Positions 10,401 to 23,604 are shown, counted from the first letter of the whole stretch. The stretch: 62,282 nt of DNA, filler included, from Collodictyon triciliatum (GCA_043381765.1; 17 parts of 17 records of this genome joined end to end with filler, not necessarily neighbours in it); one strand, 5' to 3'. The notes: a model not told the origin generated them from the sequence alone. Translations and numbers: made by a program.

Positions 10401-11112
10401 ATACATCAGTATGTGTTTTTTTCTCTAAATACTCAAATTTTTCTTGCATTTGACGATTTAATTCTCGCTGTTGTAGTATTTCTGTATAGCCTGATTGGAC
10501 CTCTTTTTTTTTTATATCTAAATCCAATTGCAACTGGTTGTGCATTCTTGTAACTTCACTTAATCTGGCATTTTGTTCTGCTAGTTGTCGCTCAGAATTT
10601 GCATTTTGTTGTCGAAGTTGGACATTTTGCTGTACAGTTTGATTATAGCTTGACTGCGCGTCTCGCATATTATTTTCCATATGTTTAATATGATCTAATA
10701 AAGGTTCACGTGCTTCTGCTAGAAGATTTCTTACATATTGTTCTTTTCTTGTTAAATTTTGTGGATTTACAGGATCATAACCTTCTAAAATTCGTTGGTT
10801 TTGATCTTTAAAATCATCAGGAAAACTCGAATCCGAATCATCCGAATCACTAGAATCGGCTGAATCATTACCACGGTGAGCCAATATATTATCATCAGGC
10901 ACATTTAAATCATTTTGGTCGTCTTGATTTTGTGATGGGTTGGGATTATCATGATGTGCATATGATTGGTCTAATAGATCTGCAACGTTTTCTAATCGAG
11001 TTTGTGTGTTAGCTGGCACGACTGGTTCTACAGGTCTAAAATTAAATGCAAGAGGATCGGTCTGCATATCTGTATCACGATAGGTTCTAAATTGCATACT
11101 TTCTGAAGGCAA
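7481..11112 (-). CDS. Very long intronless Q/E/K-rich coiled-coil protein, interrupted by one -1 frameshift (about 9440) and one TGA (8168-8170); truncated at both contig ends
   Basis: ORFs 9415-11112, 8168-9331 and 7433-8110 join with continuous composition. Internal repeat FVD(E/N)TPKSILQP(A/T)TPSAAS at 9539-9690. No family recognised. Confidence 0.65.
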
Positions 11113-12230
11113 AGGCNNNNNNNNNNNNNNNNNNNNNNNNNNNNNNNNNNNNNNNNNNNNTTAATTAATTAANNNNNNNNNNNNNNNNNNNNNNNNNNNN
11201 NNNNNNNNNNNNNNNNTTTTTCTTTTCTTTTTTCTTTTCTTTTTTCTTTTCTTTTCTTTTTTCTTTTCTTTTTTCTTTTCTTTTTTCTTTTCTTTTTTCT
11301 TTTCTTTTTTCTTTTCTCTTTTCTCTTTTCTCTTTTTTTCTTATTGGTGGTTGCCTTTATCACAAAATACCACAGGGCACTAGAGAAAAATTGAAACTAA
11401 ACCTGCTGAATCATACCAAAATTCACGCTCCATAATTGTTTATCAAAATAGGTAATCCTGCGTATTTTTTTGTACAGAGAAAATTGCAGCATGTGCCCTA
11501 TTTCGAATTTTAAATGTAAACATGCTTCGCCCTGAAACCCACCAAGCCTCTTTCTCCGCCGTATCACAGACGCAACCACACGCTCGTGTGACCTCTGCAC
11601 CCTCCAAAGCCATCCAGAATGTCCGGAGCCACGTAAGAGCCCACCCAAATACCCACAGATACCCGCGCTAATACCCTCCCAACGCCCCGAAACCTCGGCT
11701 CCAAAGCCTCCTTCTCGCCACTGAAATGATGGCGGGCTGTCGGTGCGCGATAGCCTGTCTTGCGAGAGGAAAACCTGATGCCATGCAAAAAAAAAATCAG
11801 ATTGAATGAAACTTCTGGGATACCAAGCGGAATAACTGGCCTTTGATAGGGGAGTATCGCGCTCCTCTGGACACGATGGAATCCCGAACTCAACACCACA
11901 ATTTCGGATCGGCAACGCGAAGAATTTAATCCAGAAATTCAAGATCGTACGGAATGATCTCGATCGCGGCCAATTTTCGTGCCCAAACACACTCAGTCTC
12001 ACAGATAACCATCAGCACACAACACCGCCCCGCAAGCAAGGGGATCGTGTTTCATTGGAGCGGTGACCTTGGCAGCAATTCTCAGCATGGAATCGCATTC
12101 GCCATCACAGAAAACCCGCACACTGGCTGATCATCCACCAAACTCTCCCTAACCAGCTCATCCTCTTCCACACACACACACACATACAAACGAACTTGTA
12201 GAAGATTCCACTTAACTAACTCCCAACATA

Positions 12231-13068
12231 GCCCTGTCCCCGAAACCCTCCTCAAGAAGCGCCAGCACAAGAAGAAGGCCGAAGCCGCTAAGGCCTTCGA
12301 CCGCAACGCCCTCTTCAAGGCCCGCACCCTCAAGCGCCGCTCCATCTTCAAGAGAGCCGAGAAGTATGCGCACGAGTACCAGGCCCAGGAGAAGCAGCTT
12401 GTCCAACTGCGCCGCGCCGCCAAGGCCCAAGGCAACCTCTTCGTCCCTGCTGAGCCCAAGCTCGCCTTTGTGATCCGCATCCGCGGTATCAACCAGATTC
12501 ACCCGCGCGTCCGCAAGGTCCTGCAGCTGCTGCGCCTCCGCCAGATCCACAACGGTGTCTTTGTCAAGCTCAACAAGCCCATGATCAACATGCTCCGCCT
12601 GGTCCAGCCCTACATCGCCTACGGGTACAGTATTATCTTCTCTAATGTCATCATACCTCTCCATCATGGTCCAGCCTCCGTCCCTATCTCTCCATTTGAA
12701 TCTGCGTGAGGCATAACCCTACCGATGACTCACGCCTCGCCCCGTGTAGCTACCCCAACCTCAAGTCAGTCCGCGAGCTTATCTACAAGCGCGGATTCGC
12801 CAAGGTCAACCACCAGCGCCTGCCCATCACGGACAACGCCATTGTCGAGAAGCTGCTCGGCAGGTACAACATCATCTGCGTCGAGGACCTTATCCACGAG
12901 ATCTTCACCGTCGGCCCCAACTTCAAGAAGGCAAACAGCTTCCTCTGGCCCTTCCAGCTGTCCTCCCCGAACGGAGGCTTCAACAAGGTCAAGACCCACT
13001 TCATCGAGGGCGGTGACAACGGAGACCGCGAGCACTACATCAACGACCTCATCCGCCGCATGAACTAA
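12231..13068 (+). CDS. RPL7: 60S ribosomal protein L7 (uL30); exons 12231-12625 and 12750-13068, plus a short first exon upstream (possibly ATG near 11725)
   Basis: [108 protein letters not shown]. Strong GC3 codon bias. Confidence 0.97.
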
Positions 13069-13393
13069 ATAAACCGTGCCGTGTAATCCCCTCCACACAC
13101 ACCATCAAATTCCATCACGGAATGATGGAGGCCGTTCGCCCGGTGCCGACTAATCATGCTGTTTGCGGCCTCGTGATGTACGGTACCATATTTCCTTTGT
13201 TTGGTCTCTGCAGTTGTGTCGACTTGTTGGGTTTGATGTGGAGGTGGAGGCAGATGCGGGCCGAGTGTTGTGTGGTTGAGAAATCCAGACGCTTTTCTTT
13301 TCTTTGTTGTCTTCTGTTGTAAATGTGTGTATATGTTAACCATTTGTTAGAGTGTCTGCAGGGAGGGTTGTCATTGTGAAGCAGCTGCAGGCG

Positions 13394-14676
13394 ATGGCGA
13401 ATAAGGAGGAAGCTGGTCTACCAAAAGGTTGCGTGTAGATAATTACCCCTTTTCTCTTTTTTTTTCTCTCTCTTTTTTTCTCTTTTTTTCTCTTTTTTTC
13501 TCTTTTTTTCTCTTTTTTTCTCTTTTTTTCTCTTTTTTTCTCTTTTTTTTTTCTCTTTTTCTCTTTTTTTTAAATCGGCAATTCATTTTCTTGGTAGCTA
13601 CCGTGGCTCGAATCATCCGCGAAATACTGCCCGGTAATATAAAGTGCTCAGGCGAGACGCGAGATCTGTTTGTGCTGTGCTGCATCGAGTTTGTGCATTT
13701 GATCACAAGCGAAGCAGATGATATATGTAACGAGGAGGCCAAGAAAACCATGGGTGGCGATCACATTCTGAAGGCTCTTCAAGTTTTTTTCTTTTCTATT
13801 ATCTTTTATCTTTTATCTTTTATCTTTTATCTTTTATCTTTTATCTTTTATCTTTTATCTTTATTCTTTTTCTTTATTCTTTTTCTTTATTCTTTTTCTT
13901 TATTCTTTTTCTTTATTCTTTTTCTTTATTCTTTTTCTTTATTCTTTTTCTTTATTCTTTTTCTTTATTCCTTTTTGTTTTTCTATATTTTTCTTTTTTC
14001 TGTATGGCACCCTTTTCATATGTTATTGAATATGAACAGATTTTGATGGTTCGGCGACACTGTCTTTATCTGTGTATGAAATATGCAGAGGATGAGCATC
14101 TGCTAATAACAAACTATACCCGTGCATCCACATATCGCATCTAGAGACTTGGATTTCAAGATTATGCCAACGCAGTGATGCATGTGATGGGCGAGCACAA
14201 AGAACACATGCAGGTAACTACAATGTGGTATATATATATCCCCTTTTCTTTTTTTCTCATCTTCGCCCCTTCTCAAATGCTAATTTGTATGTGTTTCCTG
14301 CTTCCATCTCGACAAACACCTTGTAAACGTGCATGTGGCCTATGGCTCTGTTCAGGAGAAGAGTAAATGGGCAAAAAGAACGGAGCACCTCGGGAAAACC
14401 CCGGAGCAACTCCGAGACGAGCAACAGGCGCTCTTCAGGCAAGCGAAAGAACTCTCCCGGGAGAATTCAGCTCGGCTCCTAAAGAAGCCCCGCAACTCCG
14501 ACCCTGAATCTCCAGCACAAAATGCATCTCAGTCACTGCTTTATCCGCCTATGAACACAATGCCACCACTGGGTCCAGCATTCAGCTCGTCCATCTCGCA
14601 CGGATACCCAGTCCCACATCCCTCGAACCCGTCGATGTTTTTTGCAGCTGGTAAGACGATTGAATGGCAATGTTAA
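13394..14676 (+). CDS. DR1: Negative cofactor 2 beta subunit (Dr1/Ncb2), histone fold, spliced
   Basis: MANKEEAGLPK|ATVARIIREILPGNIKCSGETRDLFVLCCIEFVHLITSEADDICNEEAKKTMGGDHILKALQ|..LGFQDY..|EKSK..LGKTPEQLRDEQQALFRQAK. Confidence 0.92.
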
Positions 14677-15955
14677 CTATATTCATCAGTTTCGTTATTG
14701 AGAGCTGCTGGAATCTTGTCTTGCTCTTTGCTCTTTGTTCTTTGTTCTTTGTTCTTTGTTCTTTGTTCTTTGTTCTTTGTTCTTTGTTCTTTGTTCTTTG
14801 TTCTTTGTTCTTTGTTCTTTGTTCTTTGTTCTTTGTTCTTTTTGTTCTTTTTGTTCNNNNNNNNNNNNNNNNNNNNNNNNNNNNNNNNNNNNNNNNNNNN
14901 TTAATTAATTAANNNNNNNNNNNNNNNNNNNNNNNNNNNNNNNNNNNNNNNNNNNNTTTTTTTGTTTTTTTGTTTTTTTGTTTTTTTGTTTTTTTGTTTT
15001 TGTTTTTTGTTTTCTGTTTTTTGTTTTCTGTTTTTTGTTTTCTGTTTTTTGTTTTCTGTTTTTTGTTTTCTGTTTTTTTTGTTTGTTTGTTTTTTTGTTT
15101 TGTTTTTTTGTTTTTTTGTTTTGTTTTTTTGTTTTTTTGTTTTTGTTTTTGTTTTTTTTGTTTTTTTGTTTTTGTTTTTTGTTTTCTGTTTTTTGTTTTC
15201 TGTTTTTTTTGTTTGTTTGTTTTTTGGTTTTTTATTGTTATTTTATAATTTTTTATGCAGATTCGTAATCATTTAAAGCAAGATAGTGCGTATAAGACCC
15301 GAATTCCTAGCATAACCAATAGAAAATGACAAAAATGTGAAATTTAGTCTCATTTGTATTCTCCATGTGCTCTTATGACTCATTTAGGCTACGTTGTAAA
15401 ATAAACGATGATTAATAATATATTCCGCAAATGAATATTTCCAAATTTTATTCCAAATTTGTTGATTTTTTATACTAAAACTTTTCATCCAACTCTGGAA
15501 TATAAATAAAGCGAAAGACATCCCAAACACACTTTGGTATGCCTCACCCGCTCCTCGAACGCGCCACAGCCGACCGCATGGATCCCTCGCCCTTCCCAAG
15601 CACGCGGCTGTGTGTTCCCAAGCCGCGCTCACTGCCACAGAGTTGAGAAAAGGGGGCAGAGAGAAAACAATGAAAATGAGAGAGAAAAAGAGAAAAAGAG
15701 AAAAGAGAAAAGAGAAAAGAGAAAAGAGAAAAGAGAAAAAACGAGTCAAAGCAGGCCCAGACGGGATCCGTTGCGAGCAGCCGAGCGCGCACGGGACGGG
15801 GCGGCAGAAGCATCGAAGGCAGGCCAGCAAAGAGCGAGGACCCGCAAGGAGAGCGGGATATATGAGAGCTGAGAGGGCGGGACGGGGATCGGGAGAGACG
15901 GGCTCTGGACAGCAGGAGGAGAGCTCAGCCGCCGCGTGAGACCGCCGCGTGGACG

Positions 15956-17237
15956 ATGGAGCCGCGCAGCCGCGACGATCCGGTCATCCCGTGGCGCGTG
16001 CTGCCGACCGTGGCCCCGGGGAATGCGGCGGGCTTTGCGGGCGGGGGCGGGGGTGGGGGTGGGGGTGGACCGCCGCGCGCCTCCTTTGCCTCGCACCTGT
16101 CCCACTGGACGGCCCAGATCCAGGTGGGCCACAGATGCAGCCACAGACGCAGCCACAGACACAGCCACTAACGCCCCGACAATTCAGGACATGCTGCCGC
16201 CCTTCCGCAGGAGGCTGACGGCCGACGTGCACCCGCTGCCACAGATGCAGCCACAGACGCAGCCACAGCGCCTGGGCGAGGCGGGCGCATGGGCGATGGA
16301 CACACGGGGCACAGCAACACAGTCACACTCACAGTCACACTCACAGTCACACTCACAGTCACACTCACAGTCGCAGTCGGTGTCGCGGCACTCGAGCAGC
16401 CACTCGGACCGCACGTCGACGGCGCTCTTTGGCAGCGACTCAGACGGGGCGGTGGACATCAGCAGACACTTCCTGTTCCCGGCCCTGCCCAACGCCGTGG
16501 GCGATGCAGACGCAGACGCAGACGCAGATGCAGATGCAGACGCGGGCTTCATGGACACAGACCCGGCCGACGTGGCGCTGCCGCCCATCGCGCACCCGCA
16601 CGCCTTTGCGCACCCACACCCACACCCACACCCACACCCACACCTGCATCCACACCTGCATCCACACCTGCATCCACACCCACACCCACACGCTGTCCGC
16701 CTCGCCCCGCTGCCCACCAACCCCGCCAACCCCGCCGCCCCGCCGCTGGTCTTCATCCAGGTGGGCCACGAGGACGACGCTGCCCGCCGCGATCCCCGCC
16801 GCTCGTTCCCCTGCCCCCACGCCGGCTGCGGCAAAGTCTTCCACCGGCACGACCATCTCAAGAAGCACATCCTCACACACACCGGCGAGAAGCCCTACGC
16901 CTGCCACCAGTGCCCCAAGCGCTTTGCGCGCCTCGACAAGCTCAAGGACCACCAGCAGGTATCCCGCCCCGCCTTTCTCCACTTCCTTTCTCCCTCCCTC
17001 CCTCTCTCCCTCTCTCCCTCTCTCTCTCTCTCACGCACACACGCTCTCGCAACAGACACACATCGGCGTGCCCATCTACACCTGTCAGATCTGCGCCGCA
17101 TCCTTCCCAAAGAAGCGCTTCCTGTAAGTGCCTGCACACACAACCCCCTCTCCCTGCAGCCATTGCTTCCCATCCCCCGACTCAATCCCTCCCTTGCCAG
17201 CAAAAATCACATGGAGGCCATGCACGACACTCGCTGA
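15956..17237 (+). CDS. C2H2 zinc-finger transcription factor (3 fingers) with low-complexity SQSH, DA and HP tracts
   Basis: FPCPHAGCGKVFHRHDHLKKHILTHTGEKPYACHQCPKRFARLDKLKDHQQ|THIGVPIYTCQICAASFPKKRFL|..HMEAMH. Probable introns at 16124-16187, about 16959-17055 and about 17124-17200. Confidence 0.9.
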
Positions 17238-17992
17238 CCACCGCTCTCCATCGCCGCCCACTTGGCTCCCTCCGTGTCCTGCATTCGCCCCCCGCAGCCT
17301 TGTCTGGGCATCGGCCATGGAAACAACCCAAATGTACTTGTGTCCTCGCCCTCCCCTTCGTTCTCCAGTTAGCTTCATACCCACACCTGGTTCCCTTCTG
17401 TCCCACAAGGACTTTGTCCGCCCCCACACCCAACCTCTGCATTACATGTCATAAATATATCTGTAAGTCATCGCTTCACCTCTGCACAAACGCTCGGCCA
17501 CGTGTCTCCGGGCATGAGAGCGACATTAGGAGGGGCTGCTTTATGGGATGTTGGTTGGGGACTGTAGATTCGGGGTTGCCTCTAAGTTCAAACAGGCTGG
17601 AGACTCAGGCATATTACCATCCCCTTGGCGTTGCTCGGCTGCTTTGGGGATACGCACCGAGCGCTGGCAGCAAATCTGGTTTACGGTTGAAATGTTGCAG
17701 AATAGGACACGACAGGATAGCTCGGTTACTCGTGCGAAAGTCAGCCAGTCTTTTTTTTTTTTTTTTTTTTTTTTTGAAAAAAGAAAAAAAAAAAAAAAAC
17801 CCCATAAAAAAACCCAGAAAANNNNNNNNNNNNNNNNNNNNNNNNNNNNNNNNNNNNNNNNNNNNTTAATTAATTAANNNNNNNNNNNNNNNNNNNNNNN
17901 NNNNNNNNNNNNNNNNNNNNNTTTTTTTTTAAATATTATTCTATTTTTCAAAAAAAAAAAAAAAAGACTCATTTTATTGAGTGTACATACAA

Positions 17993-20633
17993 GCCACAAC
18001 CTTGCGGTTAGATTTCCTTACGAATCCCTAAGAGAAGAAGCAAAGCATATGTAAATTTGGATAATGCGCTCAGAATAAGCTGTGAACAAAGGATACAATA
18101 CTCTTGCATACCCAAGGAACATAAAATCCAAAGTTAATTAATGAATCATGATTTGGTTGGTACCTGAAGAATTAATCTTTCTATGTATATAATAGATAAG
18201 GAGATTGTATCAAGACCAAGGAGCTGATAAAAACAAAACTAGTTAGCTCTCATGATTAACCATTTTGCAATTTAAAATAAAAATCGGTGGCTGGATTTCA
18301 TATGTATCCGACATATCGCTTACTTTATTCTCGCATATCTCAACCATATTTTGAAATATCTTTTTCAGCATGCTGAATGTGAAATCGGGGCTAATCTGTG
18401 GATAGCGCGAAGAAAATCTCTGATTTAAATCTTGTTTTTGTGTTCTAGGGTTTACGTACGGGATGACGGAAACCTATGTTTTGTTTTGAGAAAAGAAAAT
18501 AAGTAGAAGCGAACACACATAAAAAAAATTCTTATGGACGAATACAGTGTTTTTACAACCGTTAGTTGATATCTATTTGTATTAACAAAAAAAAAAAAAG
18601 TATTCAGGGACTACTTAGATAAGAAAAATTGAAAAAAAATCGATGAAAGTCAAACACGCACCAAGTAGCTTGGTAGAGTCATTTGTTTTCTATTCATTTC
18701 AGTATGAAAATCCGACAGGTCAAGAATAGATGGGTCATAAGGCTCTGGATTACTGAATGAAATCTTGCATTAATAAAGTATGTATAATGGTATATTTAAC
18801 ATAGTCTCTTTCAAAACATGTAACTTTTGGATGTCATCTAATGATTATTTGCTACCTCTCCATGACGTTTGAGGGTAAGGGTGCCTAAATGATTAAAAAT
18901 ATAGTTAATTTATGTACTAGCAGTTGAAAAATTCAATAGATGAGCTTATACATAATCTCATTTATAAATACAGATGAGGAAAGTATGTATTTTGGCCAAC
19001 CAATAAATATTTGAAATAAAATCATACTGCCCAAGGAAGCTGCTCTCTGAAATACAATGTCGATGTGAAAGGATTATAAGAATGGTGCTTAAGAAGGAAT
19101 ACATATTTTACAAGAATTTATTCAATATTTTAAAGAAAAATCAGTATATTCAATTACTCATTTTCTGTGTTGTTTTGAGCCTTCGTTTTGGATTTTTGGT
19201 CATGACATATGATTGACGATATAACTATGGGATGCTTTTTCTATTGTGGGTGATACAAATATTGAATTCAGATATGTGAAAAGTTCATATACATTTAAAG
19301 CATGAGGAAGCTATCTACTTGCATAAAATTAATCATAAGACCTTGTAAACAAAAATGATTCTTTCATAGTCCATTCTATTCCTGGGTAGAAATTAATCAA
19401 TACAAACATGAAATCGAAGGGCGGAGAAAACAATTGATAGGAAATATAAAAAAAATGTCATTAAAAATTACCCAGTTTCTTTTGGTTGTTGGTAATTTAT
19501 AATCTTCTGTTTGCGATCTGGTACTTTTATGAGTATTTGACATTAGGTATATTTTAGGTATAAAGCGTATTATTTCATTCACGGTTATTTAAATGAAAGC
19601 TCTTACCAATAAACCTTTGTGATAAATTTCTCTAGAATAAAAATTGATAAAAAGTGAAACAAAAGAACATAAAGTAAATTTTTGCATTAGTGGCCACATT
19701 AGTTGTAATAATAAATTATTGAATTTTGTGCCTTATATATGAGTTACACCTTAAACATATATCGAAAGTATATTATTTATCTTGAAGACCAGTTTAAAAG
19801 AATACTCGTGGTAAAGTACATTGAAAACTACCTGGGACCTCTTTGTGTACGGAGTTGAATTGGAGGAAAGCGCATTCTCACCAAGAAGAGACTTTTGGCT
19901 GGACCGCGGCACAAGCTAAACCAAAATTTATGAAACAAACTCCACACATCAAAGAATATAAACCGCTATATGGAAACATGATACTCAAAAATCATGTCAT
20001 TGCATCTATATGACCTACATTGTTTGATGATGAATTTTCTGATCCCCTGTAATCATACACAAAAATTTACATTCTTTCAAGGCACATTCAAGGTAATCAC
20101 ACAATATGACTAATAAAAGATTAAAGTAAAAAGAGTCTAACGAAATAAAATATCATAAAACAAAACCTTGCATCTCCTTGCGAGAGATGGGCCGAAAGCA
20201 AACTCTGCGAGCTCTGAAAAGCCGCCCCGGCTTCCCCGAGAAGAAGGCCGCTTCCTGCGGGTGTGCTCTGCGCGATTGCGGCGATGCCTTCAAAGGACGT
20301 AGCCGAAGACAAAGAAGCATACGCATACGAATATGCGTAATGTGCACTTATGATGTCCTGCACAGCAGATTGCGATGGCCCGGACGTGGGCGTGGTTGAG
20401 GCGTGCAGCGGACTTGCGGCTCCGGCTGACGAGCGGCGTTCATGCCAGGCAAGAGTTTCTTGAGCGTCGGGTTCAGAGGCCGATTCAGCATTCATGTCGT
20501 CCTGCGCGGCTTCGGCCTCGTCGGCTGCATACGGGCTCGAAGGGAAGTCCAGTCCGGCTTCGGCTAGAGTCAGCGGAATCCACGACAGAAACTCAACCGC
20601 AGCTGCGATGTCCAACTCGCTTCCTGTGCTCAT
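17993..20633 (-). CDS. CABLES-like cyclin-box protein, multi-exon, 3' truncated by the contig end
   Basis: First exon MSTGSELDIAAAVEFLSWIPL. Later exons EPYDPSILD, VSVIPYVNPRTQKQDLNQRFSSRYPQISPDFTFSMLKKIFQNM, LDTISLSIIYIERLILQ and GFVRKSNRKVVA parallel the CABLES motifs YDPxxLD, LNExF..LTLSK, VYFEKL and KxNRKL. Confidence 0.75.
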
Positions 20634-21060
20634 TCAGCCGTGCCTGGATCGTCCTTACTTGCGGCCTATTGGGTGTTTTACTCATATTAATATAGATGCT
20701 TGTTATTATTTTTATTTATTTTTATTTTATTCTATTTTTATTTTATTCTATTTTTATTTTATTTTATTTTTATTTTATTTTATTTTTATTTTATTTTATT
20801 TTTTGCTCTTGTTCCTACTTTTGTGCGAGATGGGGAAAGGCCTTTGGGTGTTTTAAACTCCTGCTATTCAAGTCTTCTGTTTTGCCTTTCCATCCCTTTT
20901 TTTTAAAATAAAAATCAAAATGGTTCTATTTATATATACGGCTCTTGTTGCTGCACTACTTGAATTGTATTATTATTATTATTATTATTTCCCCCTTTTC
21001 TTTTTTTTTTTTTTTTTTAAATTAGGTTTTTTTTATTTTTTTTTTTTTTTTTTTTTTTTG

Positions 21061-21097
<37 letters not shown>

Positions 21098-21658
21098 CCC
21101 CCTTTTTTTTTTTTTTTTTTTTTTATGAAAGTAGGTTTCTTTTACTTTTTTTTCTTTTTTATTTTTGTGTGTGTTGGTGTTTCTCGTCAGTTGTTTTGCG
21201 TGTGGATTTGCATGAAGTGATATTGAATACTTTTACTTTTCACAAACAAGAAAAATTAGTTTTTAATCACAGGACGATGCAATAAAGTTTTTTTCTTCTT
21301 CCTTTATTCGATTCAAAGGACGATGAAAAGAAGATATCAACAAGAGAATCGGGTTGGTTGATGTAGCTGGCATTTCTATCGCTATTCGATATTTTTATTA
21401 GAGCTAAATAAGCATAGACTGGATGGGCATGTCTGCTTTGTAGTGAGAAGATATTTACAGCGCGATGGTCATAAAGAATAGACAGGAGAGCATGCCAGCG
21501 GATAAAGCAATGAGGGAGAAGGCCTCGCCGATAACTTAGTGTTACATACAAGAGAATGNNNNNNNNNNNNNNNNNNNNNNNNNNNNNNNNNNNNNNNNNN
21601 NNTTAATTAATTAANNNNNNNNNNNNNNNNNNNNNNNNNNNNNNNNNNNNNNNNNNNN

Positions 21659-22260
21659 ACAGCATATGTCCCCTTGTGACTGTCCAGAGTATTCTAAAGT
21701 CGTGGGTCATTTGGTATTGTGTGCCAAACAGGATGTCAGATGCGCTGAGTCGGTTGGGAGCACAATCAAGCTCAGAGAGCATCTTGTGGGTAGAATCTGT
21801 CACTTTTTGAGCAAGGGAGCACTTCACAACTGTGTGTTCGATAGAGTCATCTCCACTATGGCACATGGTGCATTCTGGAGAGGTCGTTGCTGCATGGACT
21901 ACACGCGCACCTGTCCACAGCTCTCTGTTGGACATATTGAGAAGTAGGGCGCGGTGTTTCGGGAGTAGCTGAGGTATACGGGCTTGCTTCCAGCTTTTGA
22001 CTGTCAGCGGGTCTATAATGCCTATAGTTTCGGCCCAACGACTCATTTTCTCCGGTTTGTAGGGATTCGGGCTGATGATTTTATATCGAAACAGCTTGGA
22101 ATACGCCATGGCCATCGAGAATTGCAGAGAATCAGGCGTAATGGACCGCCTTTGGTTCTTCAGGCGAAAGAAAAATGGCGACGGCGCTCCGTATGAGATG
22201 GGACGACGTGAGCGCCATTCTCCTTTGTTGTTCAGGACGGCTGTGGTTGGGGTTGCATAG
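21659..22260 (-). mobile_element. Non-LTR retrotransposon ORF2 fragment with zf-RVT-like CCHC finger (L1/Tx1-type)
   Basis: RELWTGARV...ECTMCHSGDDSIEHTVVKCSLAQKV shows the CxxC-x7-H-x4-C pattern that follows the RT domain. Intronless. Confidence 0.7.
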
Positions 22261-23604
22261 TCGGCAGCGCTTAAAATCTGGATGGTGAATCAGATTATGA
22301 GGATCATGTAGTTGGGGTGATCCAATCGCGCGTCGACGATCAAGAAAAAAAATGGCACAAAAAAAAGAAAAAAGAAAAAAGAAAGAGATAAGATAATATT
22401 AAAATTTTTTAAAAAAAACTACTTGGAATGAAACGGCGACGCAAAAAGAGCCGTCCTTAGAGTCTCTACCTAAACGCCTTCGTGCACGCGATAACAACCT
22501 GATCCTACCCAAAAAACCCCAGATCGTAAAAGAATGCCCACTTGGCAAGCATTCTTGGTGTGGCTCTACGCCCACCAAGGAAAAAACTTTGTGACTGTGA
22601 TGGCCGCTGCAGACCTNNNNNNNNNNNNNNNNNNNNNNNNNNNNNNNNNNNNNNNNNNNNNNNNNNNNNNNNNNNNNNNNNNNNNNNNNNNNNNNNNNNN
22701 NNNNNNNNNNNNNNNNNNNNNNNNNNNNNNNNNNNNNNNNNNNNNNNNNNNNNNNNNNNNNNNNNNNNNNNNNNNNNNNNNNNNNNNNNNNNNNNNNNNN
22801 NNNNNNNNNNNNNNNNNNNNNNNNNNNNNNNNNNNNNNNNNNNNNNNNNNNNNNNNNNNNNNNNNNNNNNNNNNNNNNNNNNNNNNNNNNNNNNNNNNNN
22901 NNNNNNNNNNNNNNNNNNNNNNNNNNNNNNNNNNNNNNNNNNNNNNNNNNNNNNNNNNNNNNNNNNNNNNNNNNNNNNNNNNNNNNNNNNNNNNNNNNNN
23001 NNNNNNNNNNNNNNNNNNNNNNNNNNNNNNNNNNNNNNNNNNNNNNNNNNNNNNNNNNNNNNNNNNNNNNNNNNNNNNNNNNNNNNNNNNNNNNNNNNNN
23101 NNNNNNNNNNNNNNNNNNNNNNNNNNNNNNNNNNNNNNNNNNNNNNNNNNNNNNNNNNNNNNNNNNNNNNNNNNNNNNNNNNNNNNNNNNNNNNNNNNNN
23201 NNNNNNNNNNNNNNNNNNNNNNNNNNNNNNNNNNNNNNNNNNNNNNNNNNNNNNNNNNNNNNNNNNNNNNNNNNNNNNNNNNNNNNNNNNNNNNNNNNNN
23301 NNNNNNNNNNNNNNNNNNNNNNNNNNNNNNNNNNNNNNNNNNNNNNNNNNNNNNNNNNNNNNNNNNNNNNNNNNNNNNNNNNNNNNNNNNNNNNNNNNNN
23401 NNNNNNNNNNNNNNNNNNNNNNNNNNNNNNNNNNNNNNNNNNNNNNNNNNNNNNNNNNNNNNNNNNNNNNNNNNNNNNNNNNNNNNNNNNNNNNNNNNNN
23501 NNNNNNNNNNNNNNNNNNNNNNNNNNNNNNNNNNNNNNNNNNNNNNNNNNNNNNNNNNNNNNNNNNNNNNNNNNNNNNNNNNNNNNNNNNNNNNNNNNNN
23601 NNNN

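Noticed and set aside
16289-17869. 526-aa ORF and antisense ORFs over the C2H2 gene
   Set aside because: They are shadow frames of GC-rich, repeat-rich coding sequence.
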